Of a stretch of 55,263 bases of DNA, positions 11,072 through 29,129 are shown in pieces. Under the pieces are notes generated by a model, which was not told the origin of the DNA, did no database searches, and was given only the letters and a program-made list of their open reading frames with translations. A program made the translations under genes and the position numbers. Position 1 is the stretch's first letter. Each line of letters starts with the position of its first letter. The stretch spans positions 1 to 55,263 of the forward strand of contig CAXHJY010000759.1 of the NCBI GenBank assembly GCA_964016885.1, in the 5' to 3' direction. This DNA is from Eledone cirrhosa (lineage: Eukaryota).

Positions 11072-12099
11072 AATAATGATGATGATAGGGATGATGATCA
11101 TGATGGCAAAATTATGGTGATGACAAGATGCTCCTGCTATTTTCATAAACTGAGCGCAAAGAGCGAAATTAAAGTCCCATCATTAAACAAGCGTAATTAA
11201 TTTTCTTCCACCATTATCCTATATATATATATATATACACACACATTCCGGCATAGATATGCATATATACATATGCATACAGAGAAGAAGAAACGGTGAC
11301 ATAGCCATATGTACATGGATTTGTATAAATGTATACCTGTATGTATGTATGTATGTATGTATGTATATGCCTAAATATGTATGTAACCATGTATATATAT
11401 TCCTATTTTATATGTATCTCAATGCGGGCACACATATGCTTGTAGGGAAGTTGTAGTGCGAAATATTTCTTGAAGTAAAAGAAAAACAAAATGGTTTTAT
11501 AAAAAAGACAGGAAGCATTAACGTCAGAAGGTTTTCCAGTAGAAAATAGCCGAAACATATAATGAGTGATTCAATTAGTGTTTAGAACTTGGCAACAACA
11601 TTGAGAAATGAAAAAAACTTTCATTTGATATGTTACCAAAAAATGAAGAAAAAAAAATCATCATTATGATTCTAAAACTACAAGATCATATTTTATACAG
11701 AATACATTTTTTAGTTTTTTTTTTTAATACGTATGTTATCTTTGTTTTCAAGTCGTTCCTTGTTACACACACTGCCACAAACACACAAACAAACAAACAT
11801 ACAAACACACATACCAATCACACAATCTCTCTCCCACAAACACTCAAACACACACACAATCTATTTTTCTCAAACACTAAAACACACGCAATCTTTTTCA
11901 TTTACACACAATCACATTATATATATACAATTCTGTACGTATATATATACATGTGTGTGTACTTGAATGTACATATGTAAGTATGCACGCGCATATATAT
12001 ATATACGATTGGCAGTACCTAAATAAATGAAGAAATATAACATTTAAAAACAAAATTCATTAAAAAATGAGAACAAAATATACAATGAAGTACACAAAA

Positions 12100-12250
12100 A
12101 ACGGAAAGAGAATCTCCGGAACTCGAGGGAAAATGTGTAAATAAAGGCATAATTATACAAGGGTAGGAACTAAATAATATTATTTTATTATTTTTTTTAT
12201 TATTTCTACAAATTTCTCATTATATTAACGAATATATAGGTTTAAAAAAA
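12100..12250 (+). pseudogene. Decayed PLE GIY-YIG endonuclease fragment
   Basis: LEGKCVNKGII (from 12122) followed by EYIGL (12230-12244), resembling the L.G.C...IY...YIG pattern of PLE endonucleases. Stops and frameshifts present. Confidence 0.45.
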
Positions 12251-12325
12251 ATATTAATAGATTAAAAATATAAAAACCTTTTGAAGCGACATTTTATAAA
12301 TGGATATAAATATACATAGATTTTT

Positions 12326-12432
12326 TCATATTCCAAATGTACGAAAACAATTTTGATTGCTTGATTTTTACAGAATGGCGTATCAATAAATCATACTGAA
12401 AATAGTTGCTTGGAAGCGAGTAAATATTTCTC
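12326..12432 (+). repeat. Diverged dispersed repeat, second copy at about 14938-15041
   Basis: Both read CATATTCCAAAT.TACGAAAACAATTT.GATTG.TTGATT...GTATCAATAAATCA...TTGGAAGCGAG.AAATAT.TCT. Confidence 0.8.
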
Positions 12433-12651
12433 AAACCAACATTGAAGATCTTATGTAAAATTTATTGCTTGTTCGGACCATTACTGAAGAATATAAAAGC
12501 TGTTTAAATATACACAAACTGATTATTATTTTTTCTACATAACTTTTTCTTATTCAGTAAGAATCTGTAAGTGTTTAACATTCATATCAATATTGTTATT
12601 ATTTTGTTTGGTTGCTTTTATCAATTTTCACATCTCTCGAAATATAATAAA

Positions 12652-13130
<479 letters not shown>

Positions 13131-13628
13131 ATCCTGGTCTTTCCTTCAAAATATTTAAATTCAGCAGTTTAAGATTTGCTAAAGCAAAACACATAACTAC
13201 ACTCACTAATACATCTATACATACACGGCCATGTTCACATGCATGCGTATTTCTATAAATTTATTATTTCCAGTTAAAACAAAAACTACAATACTTAACA
13301 ATACATAACATAAAGATTAAAACAAAGAAACTGCATTTAAATAAATATGTTTTTCTCTTCATTATTTCTATGTCCATAAACGAATATATTCTGTTTGACA
13401 GTGACTGAAAATTATACAAAAAAAAAAAAAAAACACTTTGGAGATATAAACATTTTAAAAATGTCAGCTAATCTTTTTTCTGCACATAAAATTTAAGCAT
13501 ATGTCCACACCTACACTCGCATATATATATATATATATATATATATAAAGACAGAGAGAGAGAAATGTAAATATGTATATGAATACTCTTAAGTAGAACA
13601 CCACACACACGCACTTACATTCCACTAC

Positions 13629-13722
<94 letters not shown>

Positions 13723-13899
13723 CATTTGTCTTCAAAGATTATCATGAAGCAATGCGGTTGCACTCATGTCTTTGTAGAACCACCAGTTATGGATTATGAT
13801 CTTCTTGGACATCTGCCTGGAAACTGAGACTGGGAAGGAATTTTAACGGACAGATATTCTGGCAAATGAATTATAGGCTATAGATTATAAAACCATTGC

Positions 13900-14300
13900 T
13901 TATATGTATGTGGTCTTCGGGCAGAGGAAATCAATGTCGAAGAAGTTGTGTTCCCATCGAAACAAATGTTTTCATATTTTAAAAAGCGTCTGGCACCCAG
14001 ATTTTCCAGTGACTAAGTGGATATATAGCATGTGCAGTGGTTAACAACTAATTCAATGGGTGACAAACCAGGTAAGAATCGCCAACATAGGAATCGAAAC
14101 ATTTCGGTGAACTAGCCCTAGCACAGGAGGATTAACAACAGTTGATCCCAAAAGTCCAAAGGTAATTCTAACGAACGTTTTGTAGTTTAGTGAGCATGAC
14201 GCCAGATTTTGAAGTGTTTAGCTAACCACTGGATATATGCTTTGTCCCCGCTTTACCACTAAAACACACAGAGCAAATAGAACCAATCTGATGATGCTCA
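13900..14300 (-). pseudogene. Decayed RTE-like LINE reverse transcriptase fragment
   Basis: Minus strand pieces TLFKNMKTFV, DGNT/FFDID and CFDS/MLAIL resemble RTE-type RT motifs (FDS...IL...LY.N...DG.T.FFDI). Heavily frameshifted. Confidence 0.4.
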
Positions 14301-15489
14301 ATTCTACTTCACGCAAGTAAACGTTCATTCGAAATTCACGGCGTCAGGTTTCTTATATCACGTCTAGGGACAAAGCAAAACAACTATAGCTCATTCTTCT
14401 GTAAACTAATGATAATGACCTATCTTTTGATAATTGAAACTTATTCATCTTGTAACCTTTGAAATATATATATATCAGTTATGAAAAATATATAGGTCTC
14501 TATGTTTTTAAACAACTTATATAAACATTTTTTTTCAGTATGGTACGAATTTGCAAAATAATGTTAGGAATGCTGTTGTTGTCATATTTTGTTGATTTTG
14601 CAGTCACCTGAATACGAAAAGCCTCCTTAGGGATGATTTATCTTTCAGGAAGATACATTCTTTGTGGAGAATGATCATAGAGATAGTATGTACATAATAA
14701 AGCTTGAAGTGTTATCCTTGTAGTTTATAGCTATACTTTGAGGACATACGTATATTTGGTAGCGCAGGTGTACAATGAAGATTTTCGCTGTTTATATGAA
14801 TTGGATATAGATATAAGGAAGAGAAATCCTATATAGGGTGCTACGTAGTGTTTTACTATGATCTATTTCAGTATTGATAGATTAAATATCTTGAAACGAA
14901 GTCATGTATTTTAGATACAAATAAACGCATAACTCTTTCATATTCCAAATTTACGAAAACAATTTAGATTGTTTGATTGTAACAGATAGCAGTATCAATA
15001 AATCACATTGAAATAATTAATTGGAAGCGAGGAAATATCTCTACGACGTCAATGATGTCGTTGTGCTTTCACAGGTTAACATCAGAGAGTGGGACTTACA
15101 ACACCCTCGGCATTTGGTATTCAGTAAACACCTAGGCCATGATTGTTTTTTGGAGAGGGATTTATTTCCCACCTCGAAATATATGATCAGCTAAAATCAA
15201 TGGAGGCTTTAAATAGTTGTAGTTTAGTGGGTATACAGCTTCAATCTCCCTTAAATGAAGCAAGTGCGGAAAGTTCTACTCTAAGTTTTCGAAGGCAGTA
15301 TAAGGGTTTAAGACATGATATTTTATAATCGCAAGAATGGCAATGATTTAAACGAAGAATTTAGATGAAGCCGAAATTATTGTTCTATACTTTGATTTGA
15401 GGGGGAGGAGTAACCTTAGCAACATTCCTCTCAACAAATTGAGAATAGCCATAATATATATATATATATGTTTCATTTATTTTTGCATT

Positions 15490-15540
<51 letters not shown>

Positions 15541-15871
15541 CAAAAACAAAAGAAACATAGAGAAGAAACTAGTATGCATATGTGTATAAACAAGCGAATA
15601 TTGAAATATATAACGATTCGTGCTTCCTCTGTCGTTACACATATAATATCTATACTTAGTGCGGTAATAAGACACTAAAACTGAATAAATAAAAAAAATT
15701 ATGAATCATATCATAAACGGATATAAGAGTACATTTTGTTCACTCACATTTATCATGTTCACCCTTTTTTTTTATTTATTATTTGAATATATTTTTCGAT
15801 ATTATCATTGTTCGTTTTACTTTTAAGTTCTAAGGGAAAGCTATATCTATATATATTATTAGTGTATCTTT

Positions 15872-15916
<45 letters not shown>

Positions 15917-16811
15917 TGTGTATATATATTTATATGTGTGTCTGTGTATATTACATATATATATATATATAGATATATTTATATATTTATGTATAAATAT
16001 ATATGCATATATATATATATATTTATATGTTTATGTATACATATATATGTGTATATATATATATATATATGTGTGTATATATGTATGTATAAATATATAT
16101 GTATATATATTCATATATATATATATGTATATATATATATAAATATACATGCATATATATATATAAATGCATATATATATATATATAAATACATATATAT
16201 ATACAGTATATATATGAACATTTATATATGCCTCTGTGTATGCGTATGTATGTGTAATAGTGTCAATCATTAACCATTAAATTCTGAAACATGAGGTCCT
16301 TTAAACCGTCCGTCTAACTCACTAACAAACCAACTGTCGATAAAAAAATAGTAAAACTAGAAAACAGGATTCAATGACAAAATGGGTTAGAAAATATATA
16401 AAAATGAAGACGATCAAGATAAACTAAGTTGGATCAAAAAGCTAAACGGTTCGATAATGATACCACCATTAAACATAATTTCTTCATTTCTAAACCATCA
16501 CAGAGTTTTCTTGAAGTTCGACCGCTACAATTATATATATATATGTATATATATATATATGTATATGTATATATCTATATATATCTGTGTGTGTGTGTGT
16601 GTATTTGTATGTATGTCTGTGCATATATATGTATGTATATATATATAGATGCGATGTTTTCTCTTTTTGATTTTCTGATATTGTTTGCGTTCCAGTTTTT
16701 ACTCGCGTTAAATATTTATTATATTTTTGTAAAGATTATTTCGGAGGGAAAAAAAATGAATAGTATACATTCTTCGAATCATCCCTTCGTACATACACAC
16801 GGACAAAAAAT

Positions 16812-16986
<175 letters not shown>

Positions 16987-17000
16987 AATATATATATGTA

Positions 17001-17096
<96 letters not shown>

Positions 17097-17469
17097 CACA
17101 TATATATATATATATATATGCGTATGTATATATATATATAGTCCCAACGAAGAAGCACTTTATAGTGGAGCCATACTTAAAGACATCAGATATCTATATT
17201 AGTGAAAATATACACGAGTATAACTTTATTATAGGATCAAGGCTAGTGGTGAGTGTTTTTTTAGATGGGGAGGGGGGAAGGGGTGATAGGTGGGGTGGAA
17301 TTCATTTCAATATTCTCCTGCAGAAATAAAAATCGTAATTTTTAACATTTTTTTTATTTTCTTCTTTGAATGGACTAAAATAAATAAATAACAATACAAC
17401 GCAATTACACTAATGATTGTGGACACTATAGTGTTGCTGCTGATGATGATGGTAGTTGTAGTATTAACA

Positions 17470-17680
<211 letters not shown>

Positions 17681-17757
17681 TGTCCGCAGCCTAATGACTG
17701 AAACCTGTAAAAAAATGATAAAATATACTATTCATGATAATTTGCATTAAAGTAAGA

Positions 17758-17793
<36 letters not shown>

Positions 17794-18022
17794 GTAATAA
17801 TAATAATAACAATGACAACAGTAATGCGGAGCAATAGAAGCAGAAATATGTGTAAGATGAAAGACCAACGTTAAAGTGGAACGACAACACCAAGGACAGG
17901 GGAAAAAAAAAACATTAAAAATATTATTAGGAAACTAGCGCTGAGTATCACGATACATATATATATATATATATATATATCAATATATGTGTACGTGTGT
18001 TTATATGTGTATACTTGTGTGA

Positions 18023-18081
<59 letters not shown>

Positions 18082-18448
18082 AGGCTAAATAAAGTTAATA
18101 TTTTATCTGATTTTTGGAGAGTACGTGTTAAATCTATTTCTATCCAATTTTTTCCATTCATTTCTCTTCAGGTGAAGCCTCTAACCACCATATCTAACTG
18201 ATAGATGTTGCCTTCGACATTTTTTTCTTATATTTCTCATATTATTACTCTCCGTTAGGAAAGTTTGCATGTATTACTCTCCGTTAGGAAAGTTTGCATG
18301 TTTATTTTTTATGAATAAGATTTTTTTTTTTTTAACATGCGTCATAACCACACGCCTATACATCGAACACACACTTACATACTGTCCTATATATATATAT
18401 ACACACAACGCGCACGAACATATATAGATATATAAATACATACACATA

Positions 18449-18563
<115 letters not shown>

Positions 18564-18733
18564 CTTATAGGAATATATAGATATATGTAGATGTAAGTAT
18601 TTATATGTGTATTCTATTTGTGTATATACATATGAAGGATTATATATAGATATACAAATTTACACACAGGCATATTTAGTGAGAGACAGGGCCAAAGAAT
18701 GTTCAACGGATAGGATGCCAGATAGATAGTTAG

Positions 18734-18861
<128 letters not shown>

Positions 18862-18905
18862 GAGAGAGGTCGGGGATAGATAGATAGATAGGTATATAGA
18901 TGAGT

Positions 18906-18984
<79 letters not shown>

Positions 18985-19061
18985 CGGGGTAGATACATAG
19001 ATTGATTGATGGATATATAGATTGATAGGTAGATACATAGATAGTCGCGATATATATATAT

Positions 19062-19131
<70 letters not shown>

Positions 19132-19665
19132 ATATATATATACACATATATATATATGTATATATATATATAAACATATATATATATATATATATTTATA
19201 TTTATAAGTATGTATATGTATGCTCCAAATCAATTTGTAACGTTTGTATAACATATTAGAAAATGTATATAAAAAAAACAAAAACATAACAAGAACCATG
19301 AAATATCACGAAGAGATGATATAACAATCAAGAAATAAATAAAACTGTTAAACAGTGGAATCATTTGTTGAATAAAATATAAACCTGACGGAATAGATAT
19401 ACTCTAAAAAAGGAAAAAAAATAAATCACTGACTAAAATGTTGGTTTTTCCCTTGTATGTTGGTTTTTCTCTTGTAAAATTTATTTTGTTTTTGTAAAAA
19501 GATATTCCTTGTTATCTCGAAATGTGTACCTGACTTTCGATTGATTGACATCTAGTTGGTTAAATAAGCAACATTATTTCGTCCCATGTATATATATTAT
19601 AAACATATATACTTATACGTATGTGTATATATATATAAATATATGTATACGTATATATCTATCTA

Positions 19666-19714
<49 letters not shown>

Positions 19715-19792
19715 ATATATATATATACGTATATATATATATTTATATATATATATATTTATATATATATATACAGTATATATATATATACA

Positions 19793-19856
<64 letters not shown>

Positions 19857-19865
19857 GTATATGTT

Positions 19866-19899
<34 letters not shown>

Positions 19900-21050
19900 A
19901 ATATACACGCTTATATATATATATACATATATATATGTGTATGTATATATATATATATATATGCGTGTGTATTTATGTATATAATCCTAAATATGTACTT
20001 ATGTTCGGGGGCATACAAAGACGTACACATTTGATTATTATTTCTCTTTCTCTCTCTCCTTTACACCCACATACACACACACACACACACATGTGCACAC
20101 ACATTCACGAACATACCTCCACACACAAATACACACATGTATATATATATATATATACCTAAAGAGGTAGAAAAATAGAAAGAGAGACAGATAGAAAGAG
20201 AAAGATAGGTAGAAAGCTGGATAAAATGGTCAATTATACCAAGGAATCAAAGAACGCCTGAGATATCGTATCTTACAAAGCTTTTATTCCATGAAAATGA
20301 AATTGGACATACTATTATTTAGACTGTGTTTTAATTTCAATCTCAAAATACATCGTCGATGTTTTTTCTTCTAGTTGTAAATGTAGTCTAGATATTCTCT
20401 GAGGAAGGAACGTGACCTCTCTCGTAGAGGAAGTTAGCGTCGTCTTATATATCACTACTAGACAGAGGCAAAATCTGCCAGTATTCTCTCTCTGAAAAAC
20501 GGCATATAATAAAACAGATTTCTCTACCCCTTAGAATCCACACCAAAATTTGATGCCGAGGTCATCAACAGATCTTTAATTTGAATCCTTTCTTTATTCC
20601 CTAATCTTTTACTGCAAAGCAATTGAATTCTTTCTGTAGTGGAATCATTACTGGAATTTCTACAGGAACCAGGGGTGAATACTCTCATTTATTGCAACAC
20701 TATTGAACCGTAGTTCAACAATATTTCATTAAACAATATTTCTTACATTAAGCAATATTTCTTACATTAAGCAATATTTCTTACATTAAGCAATTGTCAA
20801 GCAATCATCTAACTCCTGAATTCAGCAAGTGGTATTTACTGACTAACAGATAACTTTTGATAGTGAGGAGACTGATGGATCTTATCACCAACCACAACAT
20901 TTAAAATTAATAAAATCTGATAAGTCCTATAGGGTTATCATCATCATGTTCATCATCAACATCGTTGTGGTCATCGTTAGCTTCATAAACTATATTAGCA
21001 GCAAGAACTACAACAGCGAATGCAGCAGCATCACCCTCAGCACCAGCAAC

Positions 21051-21183
<133 letters not shown>

Positions 21184-21208
21184 AAAGTAGTAGTAGTAGT
21201 AGTAGTAA

Positions 21209-21243
<35 letters not shown>

Positions 21244-21281
21244 TAGTAGTAGTAGTAGTATAGTAGTAGTAGTAGTAGTAA

Positions 21282-21321
<40 letters not shown>

Positions 21322-21328
21322 CGTAGTT

Positions 21329-21369
<41 letters not shown>

Positions 21370-21419
21370 CGTAGTCGTCGTCGTCGTAGTAGTATTGTTA
21401 GTAGTAGTAGCAGTAGTGT

Positions 21420-21475
<56 letters not shown>

Positions 21476-21525
21476 ATAGTAGTAGCAGTAGTAGTAGTAG
21501 CAGTAGTAGTAGTAGTAGCAGCAGC

Positions 21526-21579
<54 letters not shown>

Positions 21580-22265
21580 TATCGAGGAAAGAGAGGATAG
21601 CATATCATTCCATTCCATTCCATTCCATTCCATTCCAATCCAAGACAGAAATAAGAAATTGTAAGAGATATAGAAAAGAGAAACAAAACCTTAAAAACAA
21701 TCAAACAAACGAAGAAACAAGAAAACAGCACAAATATAAGACGAACAAGAACAAAAACAACAACAACAACAACAACAACCACAACCACAGCAACAACAAT
21801 AACAACAACAACAGGAAAGGTAAACAGAACCGTAACAATAAAAGCTTAACAATACGAGAACGGAAGTTGAGCGGACTATAACCAGAATATCCATAACACA
21901 ACACCACAAAAAATGTAACATATTTCAATGGCGTGTATTATGGTAAATGCTTATGTGCTTTTATCAAATGAATTGTAATGTATATTATATTAAACAGAGC
22001 CATATTGAAAATAATTGAAAATAAATGATACGACATTATCATATATTTTATATGTATAGTTATGTATTTATGTGTGTATGTATGTATGTATGTATTTATG
22101 TATGTATGTATGCATGCATGCATGTGTGCATGGTATGTGTGTTTGAATGATTTGAATGAATGTATATAAACACCCCTACCCCACCCCACGCACCCATATA
22201 TACAATAGACACATAGATATATTTATGTATATAAATATATATACACTATATTTATGTATATATAA

Positions 22266-22323
<58 letters not shown>

Positions 22324-22352
22324 TACAAATATACATATATACATATAGTTCG

Positions 22353-22439
<87 letters not shown>

Positions 22440-22516
22440 ATGTATATGTTTATATATGTATATAACTAGTTATATATTTATTTATATATAGATATGCATA
22501 TATATATATATATATA

Positions 22517-22553
<37 letters not shown>

Positions 22554-23052
22554 CCCACACACACACACACACACACACATACACCTACACACACACACAC
22601 ATATATATATAAATGCATATATATATATATATATACTCAGAGAGACGCATATATTCATATATATATATATATGGTTTATGTTGTTGGCTGTACACTTTAA
22701 AAACGGTCGTTCCACTTTAACACTAATTAATATCTGCTGCACATTTGCACACATTCAATCTTCACATTAGCAGACAATACACCACTAATAGACCGACTCT
22801 CGGCTCCTAGCAATTCTCTTTTAATAAATTTTCTTCCTAGTTTATATATTTACCCAGAAATATAAAGGAATATATATATACATATATAAATATAAATATA
22901 TATAAATATATATATACATATAGAAAATATATATATAGGTATAAATATGTATATGTATAAATATATATACATATATATATATACAGAGAGATAGAGAGAG
23001 AGACAGCAAGGGGGGAATAGAGAGAGAGAGAGAGCGAGCGAGAGAGAGAGAG

Positions 23053-23116
<64 letters not shown>

Positions 23117-23899
23117 CCACTTAGATAGACTCATAGATAGATGAATACATAACTAGATAAATTCATAAGTAAATCTGACGATAATCATATGTAGACACAC
23201 ACAGATTCACACAGACTGACACAGACACACACACACACACAACAGTCACGCACAGACACACACAGAATCACACACAAACATACATATATCGGAATTTATA
23301 TATACACATGCACGAGCACAAATCCAAACACTCGCACACCGACACATACACACACACTCATATATATATATATAACTGTGTACAATTGCCTCCTGTGATT
23401 TGTTTGTTCATTTTCAACTATATGTATATGAAAGTGTATATATATTAGTGGTTGACAACAATATATATAAACGGTATCACGGAGACTAATCGTTATTAGC
23501 AAACGCGAGAATAATAATCTGTGTATCGACTTCATGCTGACCTCCTATTCCGCGACACTAGCTGCTTTTATATCACTTTATTCAATGCCAAGTCCATGTA
23601 TTTTAGCATATTATCATGCCAGACACATTGCATCTTCATAACTCCAAGTTTTATACTAAATATATAACAATCTCCTTCATACACAAAGTTATGATCACAG
23701 CACTAAAATTACTTCTGCGGTATTGTTTTTTTCCATTTCTAACAAACGGGTACGTAACACTTTTCTGAAGAACAACTTCAAACCTATCTCTGAGATGATA
23801 TCAGTCTAATCTAAAATGGCAATCAGGTACCAGCTCCTCGAGAAGAAAGCAAATGTATTTAAGTCAACAAATATTTTATAATTCTATTGAGAAGTAACT

Positions 23900-23952
<53 letters not shown>

Positions 23953-24032
23953 ATAAATGCTCTTATATATATATATATATATATTTATTAAAATAACAGA
24001 TTAAAGTTTAAGCAAAGAATCGGTGCTTTCAC

Positions 24033-24100
<68 letters not shown>

Positions 24101-24164
24101 GTCCCAAGGCTCTGATACCATCAACACTATAAACACAGAGCTGGCATATCTAAGAGCTGACTAA

Positions 24165-24218
24165 CGGCCTGATGAGGTCATAGCCATTGAATGGCTGTCA
24201 TCGAAATATATATAGCAG
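24165..24218 (+). ncRNA. Hammerhead motif, family C-related, in a TA-flanked insert (about 24100-24264)
   Basis: CGGC CTGATGA(24169-24175) GGTCAT AGCCATT GA ATGGCT GTCATC GAAA TATATA TA GCAG. Confidence 0.75.
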
Positions 24219-24260
24219 CAAATAAAGGATTATGAGTTCATGCAATTTACTTCTGTTTCG

Positions 24261-24297
<37 letters not shown>

Positions 24298-24571
24298 TTT
24301 CTCAATATACATCTATTTTCTAGAATAACGTATCTAATCCTCCATTAGAATTCATATAGTCTTCTGTCACAAACCAAGATATCAAATACTGATTTAATTC
24401 AGAGAGTTGTATTGAAATTGTGGTCGACGTATTATGCAATTCTGCGTTATACATGAATTGTTTATTTGTTATCTGTAAAATATATTTTCGGGTAATATCT
24501 TGTTTCTAATAATTACTTCCATTAATATCCACACATCATATATAACAACACCAATATAAAGACACTCGCAA

Positions 24572-24646
<75 letters not shown>

Positions 24647-24660
24647 CATATGTATATGTT

Positions 24661-24691
<31 letters not shown>

Positions 24692-24708
24692 AATATATAT
24701 ATGTACTC

Positions 24709-24746
<38 letters not shown>

Positions 24747-24792
24747 GAGTACATATATATATTTATATATATATATATATATATATGTATAC

Positions 24793-24875
<83 letters not shown>

Positions 24876-24986
24876 TGTATACATGGATATGTATTTCAAG
24901 AATAAACAAGACATACGCAGAGATGCAAATATGCTAAGACATATATATATATATATATATATATATTTGATGCTGCTGCTATTAAT

Positions 24987-25052
<66 letters not shown>

Positions 25053-25054
25053 TA

Positions 25055-25122
<68 letters not shown>

Positions 25123-25175
25123 CTTTATCACCGATGTTACTTCTGCAGAGGTAGAAAAATAAATTTAAAAATAAA

Positions 25176-25372
<197 letters not shown>

Positions 25373-25878
25373 AAAGAAAGAAAGAAGATGTCTAATGATT
25401 TAAGAAGGCGAGTTTGATGAAGAATGTGCGAAATGGTGTGAGGTCGTTAAATACCAGGAACAAATGAAAATTCATTTGAGTGCAGGAGGCAGCATAAGGA
25501 AAGAAAAAAAGTATGTTCATAGATGAAATGATTGCGTGTGAGCGAATATCTGTGTGAGTATACATACAACTGTTTACATGCTGGTGTTCCTGTGTTTATA
25601 AATGTGTTTGTGACTGTGTATGGTTGGCTAGTCGATGGTGTTGGTGGGGAGGTTGATGACATTCTATTAGAAATATACAAGATGAGAAAGGAAGAGAAAA
25701 TTGTCGAGAAACATTTATGTTGAATAGAAGCAAAGATTACTGAGAGTAAAAAAGAAAATCTATAAGTATGTAAGTATGTATGTATCTATGTAAGTATGTG
25801 TGTATGTAAGTATGTATCTATGTATGTATGTAAGTATGCATGCATGTATGTATACATGTAAGTATGTATGTATGCATG

Positions 25879-26012
<134 letters not shown>

Positions 26013-26079
26013 CATATATATATACATATATATATATATATGTATGTATGTATGCATGTATGTAGACATATATACATGC

Positions 26080-26126
<47 letters not shown>

Positions 26127-26191
26127 TATACATATATATATATGTATGTAGTATATATATATATATGTATATATAAATGTATATATATATA

Positions 26192-26254
<63 letters not shown>

Positions 26255-26948
26255 TTATTTATAAATATAACAATGAATAAAATAAAACAAGAGAAATGTA
26301 GAAATGGCACACAATAGCGGAGAGGATGGTTTAAAGATTGGATCTGATTATATTGATGTCTTTAGACGACAAAGAAGAAAAAGACGACGACTACGATGGC
26401 CGTAGCAGAAGGAGCTAAAACAAAGAAATTGGCAATATTTCTTAGAGTGTGACGTGGGGTACAATCTCTGCTTTCTCAAATATGGATAACAACGACAAAT
26501 CACAAGTAAAATACAAAGTTAGGAATGAAAACCAAAACACACACACAAAAAAAAAAATGAACATCACAGTAAGTATAAACAAAAAGATTGTAAAAATACC
26601 ATATTACAAAAGAAAATACGTAGATAAAGAAAATTAAAGAAAATAGTAATAATAATAATAATTGTTAATAATAATAATATAACGAAAACATTGTATTACA
26701 TATGGCGAAAATACACAGTAGACAGACTTTTGTGAAATGTCGGGGTATTTGTGTTTCTCTATTTTTTTCCGTCTCTTCTATCAGGATTCCTCTTATTGTA
26801 AATGAGAGATTAAAAGTTGAAAATAGAAGATAATTGACTCGCTTTACATCTCTCACTATATATATATATATATATTATATATATATATAAACACAGACAC
26901 ATACATATACATATATATTTATATATAAACACACAGACACGTACATAT

Positions 26949-27040
<92 letters not shown>

Positions 27041-27804
27041 ATATGTATGTGTCTGTGTTTATTTATATGTATATAAAAATACATATATATATGTTTATTT
27101 ATATATACACACATATATATGCATGTATACCTACATATATATATGTAAACCAGGGGCGCACCTGACCGAGCACACAACATTGGAAGATACATCGCCTGGG
27201 CCGGGACCGGCTAACACGGAGCCCACGGCCGCCCGGTCCGATACCCCAAACATATAGAACAGCACACCCCAGCCACGGTGCCATGCCCTATGGCGACCGA
27301 GCCGGGTGTCCTTGAATGTGTGCCCCGTCAATCGTGACTATATAATCTCAACATGCTCCACTTTGGAACAATGATTATTACTGTCATGACTGTCTCTATT
27401 ATTGTTCTGTTACTGTTACTTGTTCTATATACGGACCCAAGTTTGCACCTCATACTACCTGTGTGTAGTATATCACATGGATACACGCACCGTCTCCTGT
27501 ACCCCCCCCCGTTTTTTATTTACCCCTTTTTTTCATGTATCTATTTATGAAGTTACATACAGATATTAATGTATCCAAAAATATTGTAAATTTATTTATT
27601 TTATTTTATTATCCTATTCTGTTTATATTTGGGTGTTTTTTATGTGTGGACCTGTGCGTAGGTATATGTATGTGTGTATGTGGATATATATATATATACG
27701 TGGATGTGTATGGGTGTGTGTATATGGGCATGTATACGTATATGCATGAGATTATGAGCGCGTGTGTGTGCAGGCAAGTACATGTATGTAAGTATGTGGC
27801 AGAG

Positions 27805-27895
<91 letters not shown>

Positions 27896-28699
27896 ACGTA
27901 CGTATAGCTACGTATGAGTATGTGTGTGTATGTGGGTGCGTATGTGTGTATGTATATATATATCCATATATATATATGTATGGGTGCGGGTGTATGCATA
28001 TGTGAGCCTCTATATATGTGTATGTGTATTTGTGTATATATGTATATGTTTATGTACATCACACAGGAATGTGTACTGATGATTATATATGGTGTATATA
28101 CATTTTATTACTATTATTTTTTATTTTATTTTATCATATATCCATTGTATATATCCGTATATGTATGTATGAATGTGTCTACATGTGTATACATAGATAT
28201 ATATATATATATTATATTATATACTATATTGATATTTTATATTATGTTATTTTACCGTTATTTTATGGTATATTGTGTTTTTTATTAAATAATGTATTTT
28301 TAATTTACGATTTTGTTTATATATGTATATGTGGAAACATGTCTGTGTAAGAAAATATACATATGTGCAGGTGTCTGCATGTAGCAGTCCGTTTGCGTAT
28401 GTATATGCAGATGTACATATGTCTGCATGTATATATGTATGTATATATATGGGTGTGCATATGCATGTAGTGTTTGTTTGTGTATATATATATATATGTG
28501 TGTATATATGTGTGTATGTATATACGTGTGTGTATGAGTGTGTGTATATATACATATATGTATATGTGTGGGGGGGGGTCTACGCATGTGTGCGTACGTG
28601 TGTGTATGCACGCATGTGTCTGTGTCTGCCTGTGTGTGTATATGTGTGTGTGTATTCGTATGTGTGGGTGCTTGCTCTGGAGTGTGAACAGACGTGTGA

Positions 28700-29098
28700 G
28701 ATACTGAACCCAGCATGACTCTATTGAAGTGTGTCGGACGGAAAGTGGATGATGACCCGTGTAGCAGTAAATACTGACCAGAACTTAAGATGACGTGGAG
28801 AAACAACAGCCAATGGCATGACAAGAGTGGAAGAGAAGTTTTTTTAGGGTGTTTTTTGATGATAACACCCCAGTGACAAAATTTGCTCTGAACGAATTAC
28901 CCGTGTCTGAAGGAACCTGCAGCCGTAGAATCAGCCAGATCCACACAAGGACCATGTCTCGCGTTTACCTGCCGGCGAAACAATTGAGTCCAGATGCATC
29001 ACTGATTTTTCGTTTTCTTTATACTATCTACACTCTACTCTGCTGAATATTGAGTGCTAATTTTAGAATACCGCCTATGGAAGCACCATAGCTACCAT

Positions 29099-29100
<2 letters not shown>
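28700..29100 (+). mobile_element. Probable PLE-like 3' end, family H (ribozyme degraded)
   Basis: GAAACAATTGAG at 28977 (compare family E GAAACAATTGTT), tail ACTC...GAGTGCT (29052-29058), ending in (TA)n. No intact CTGANGA found. Confidence 0.45.
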
Positions 29101-29129
<29 letters not shown>

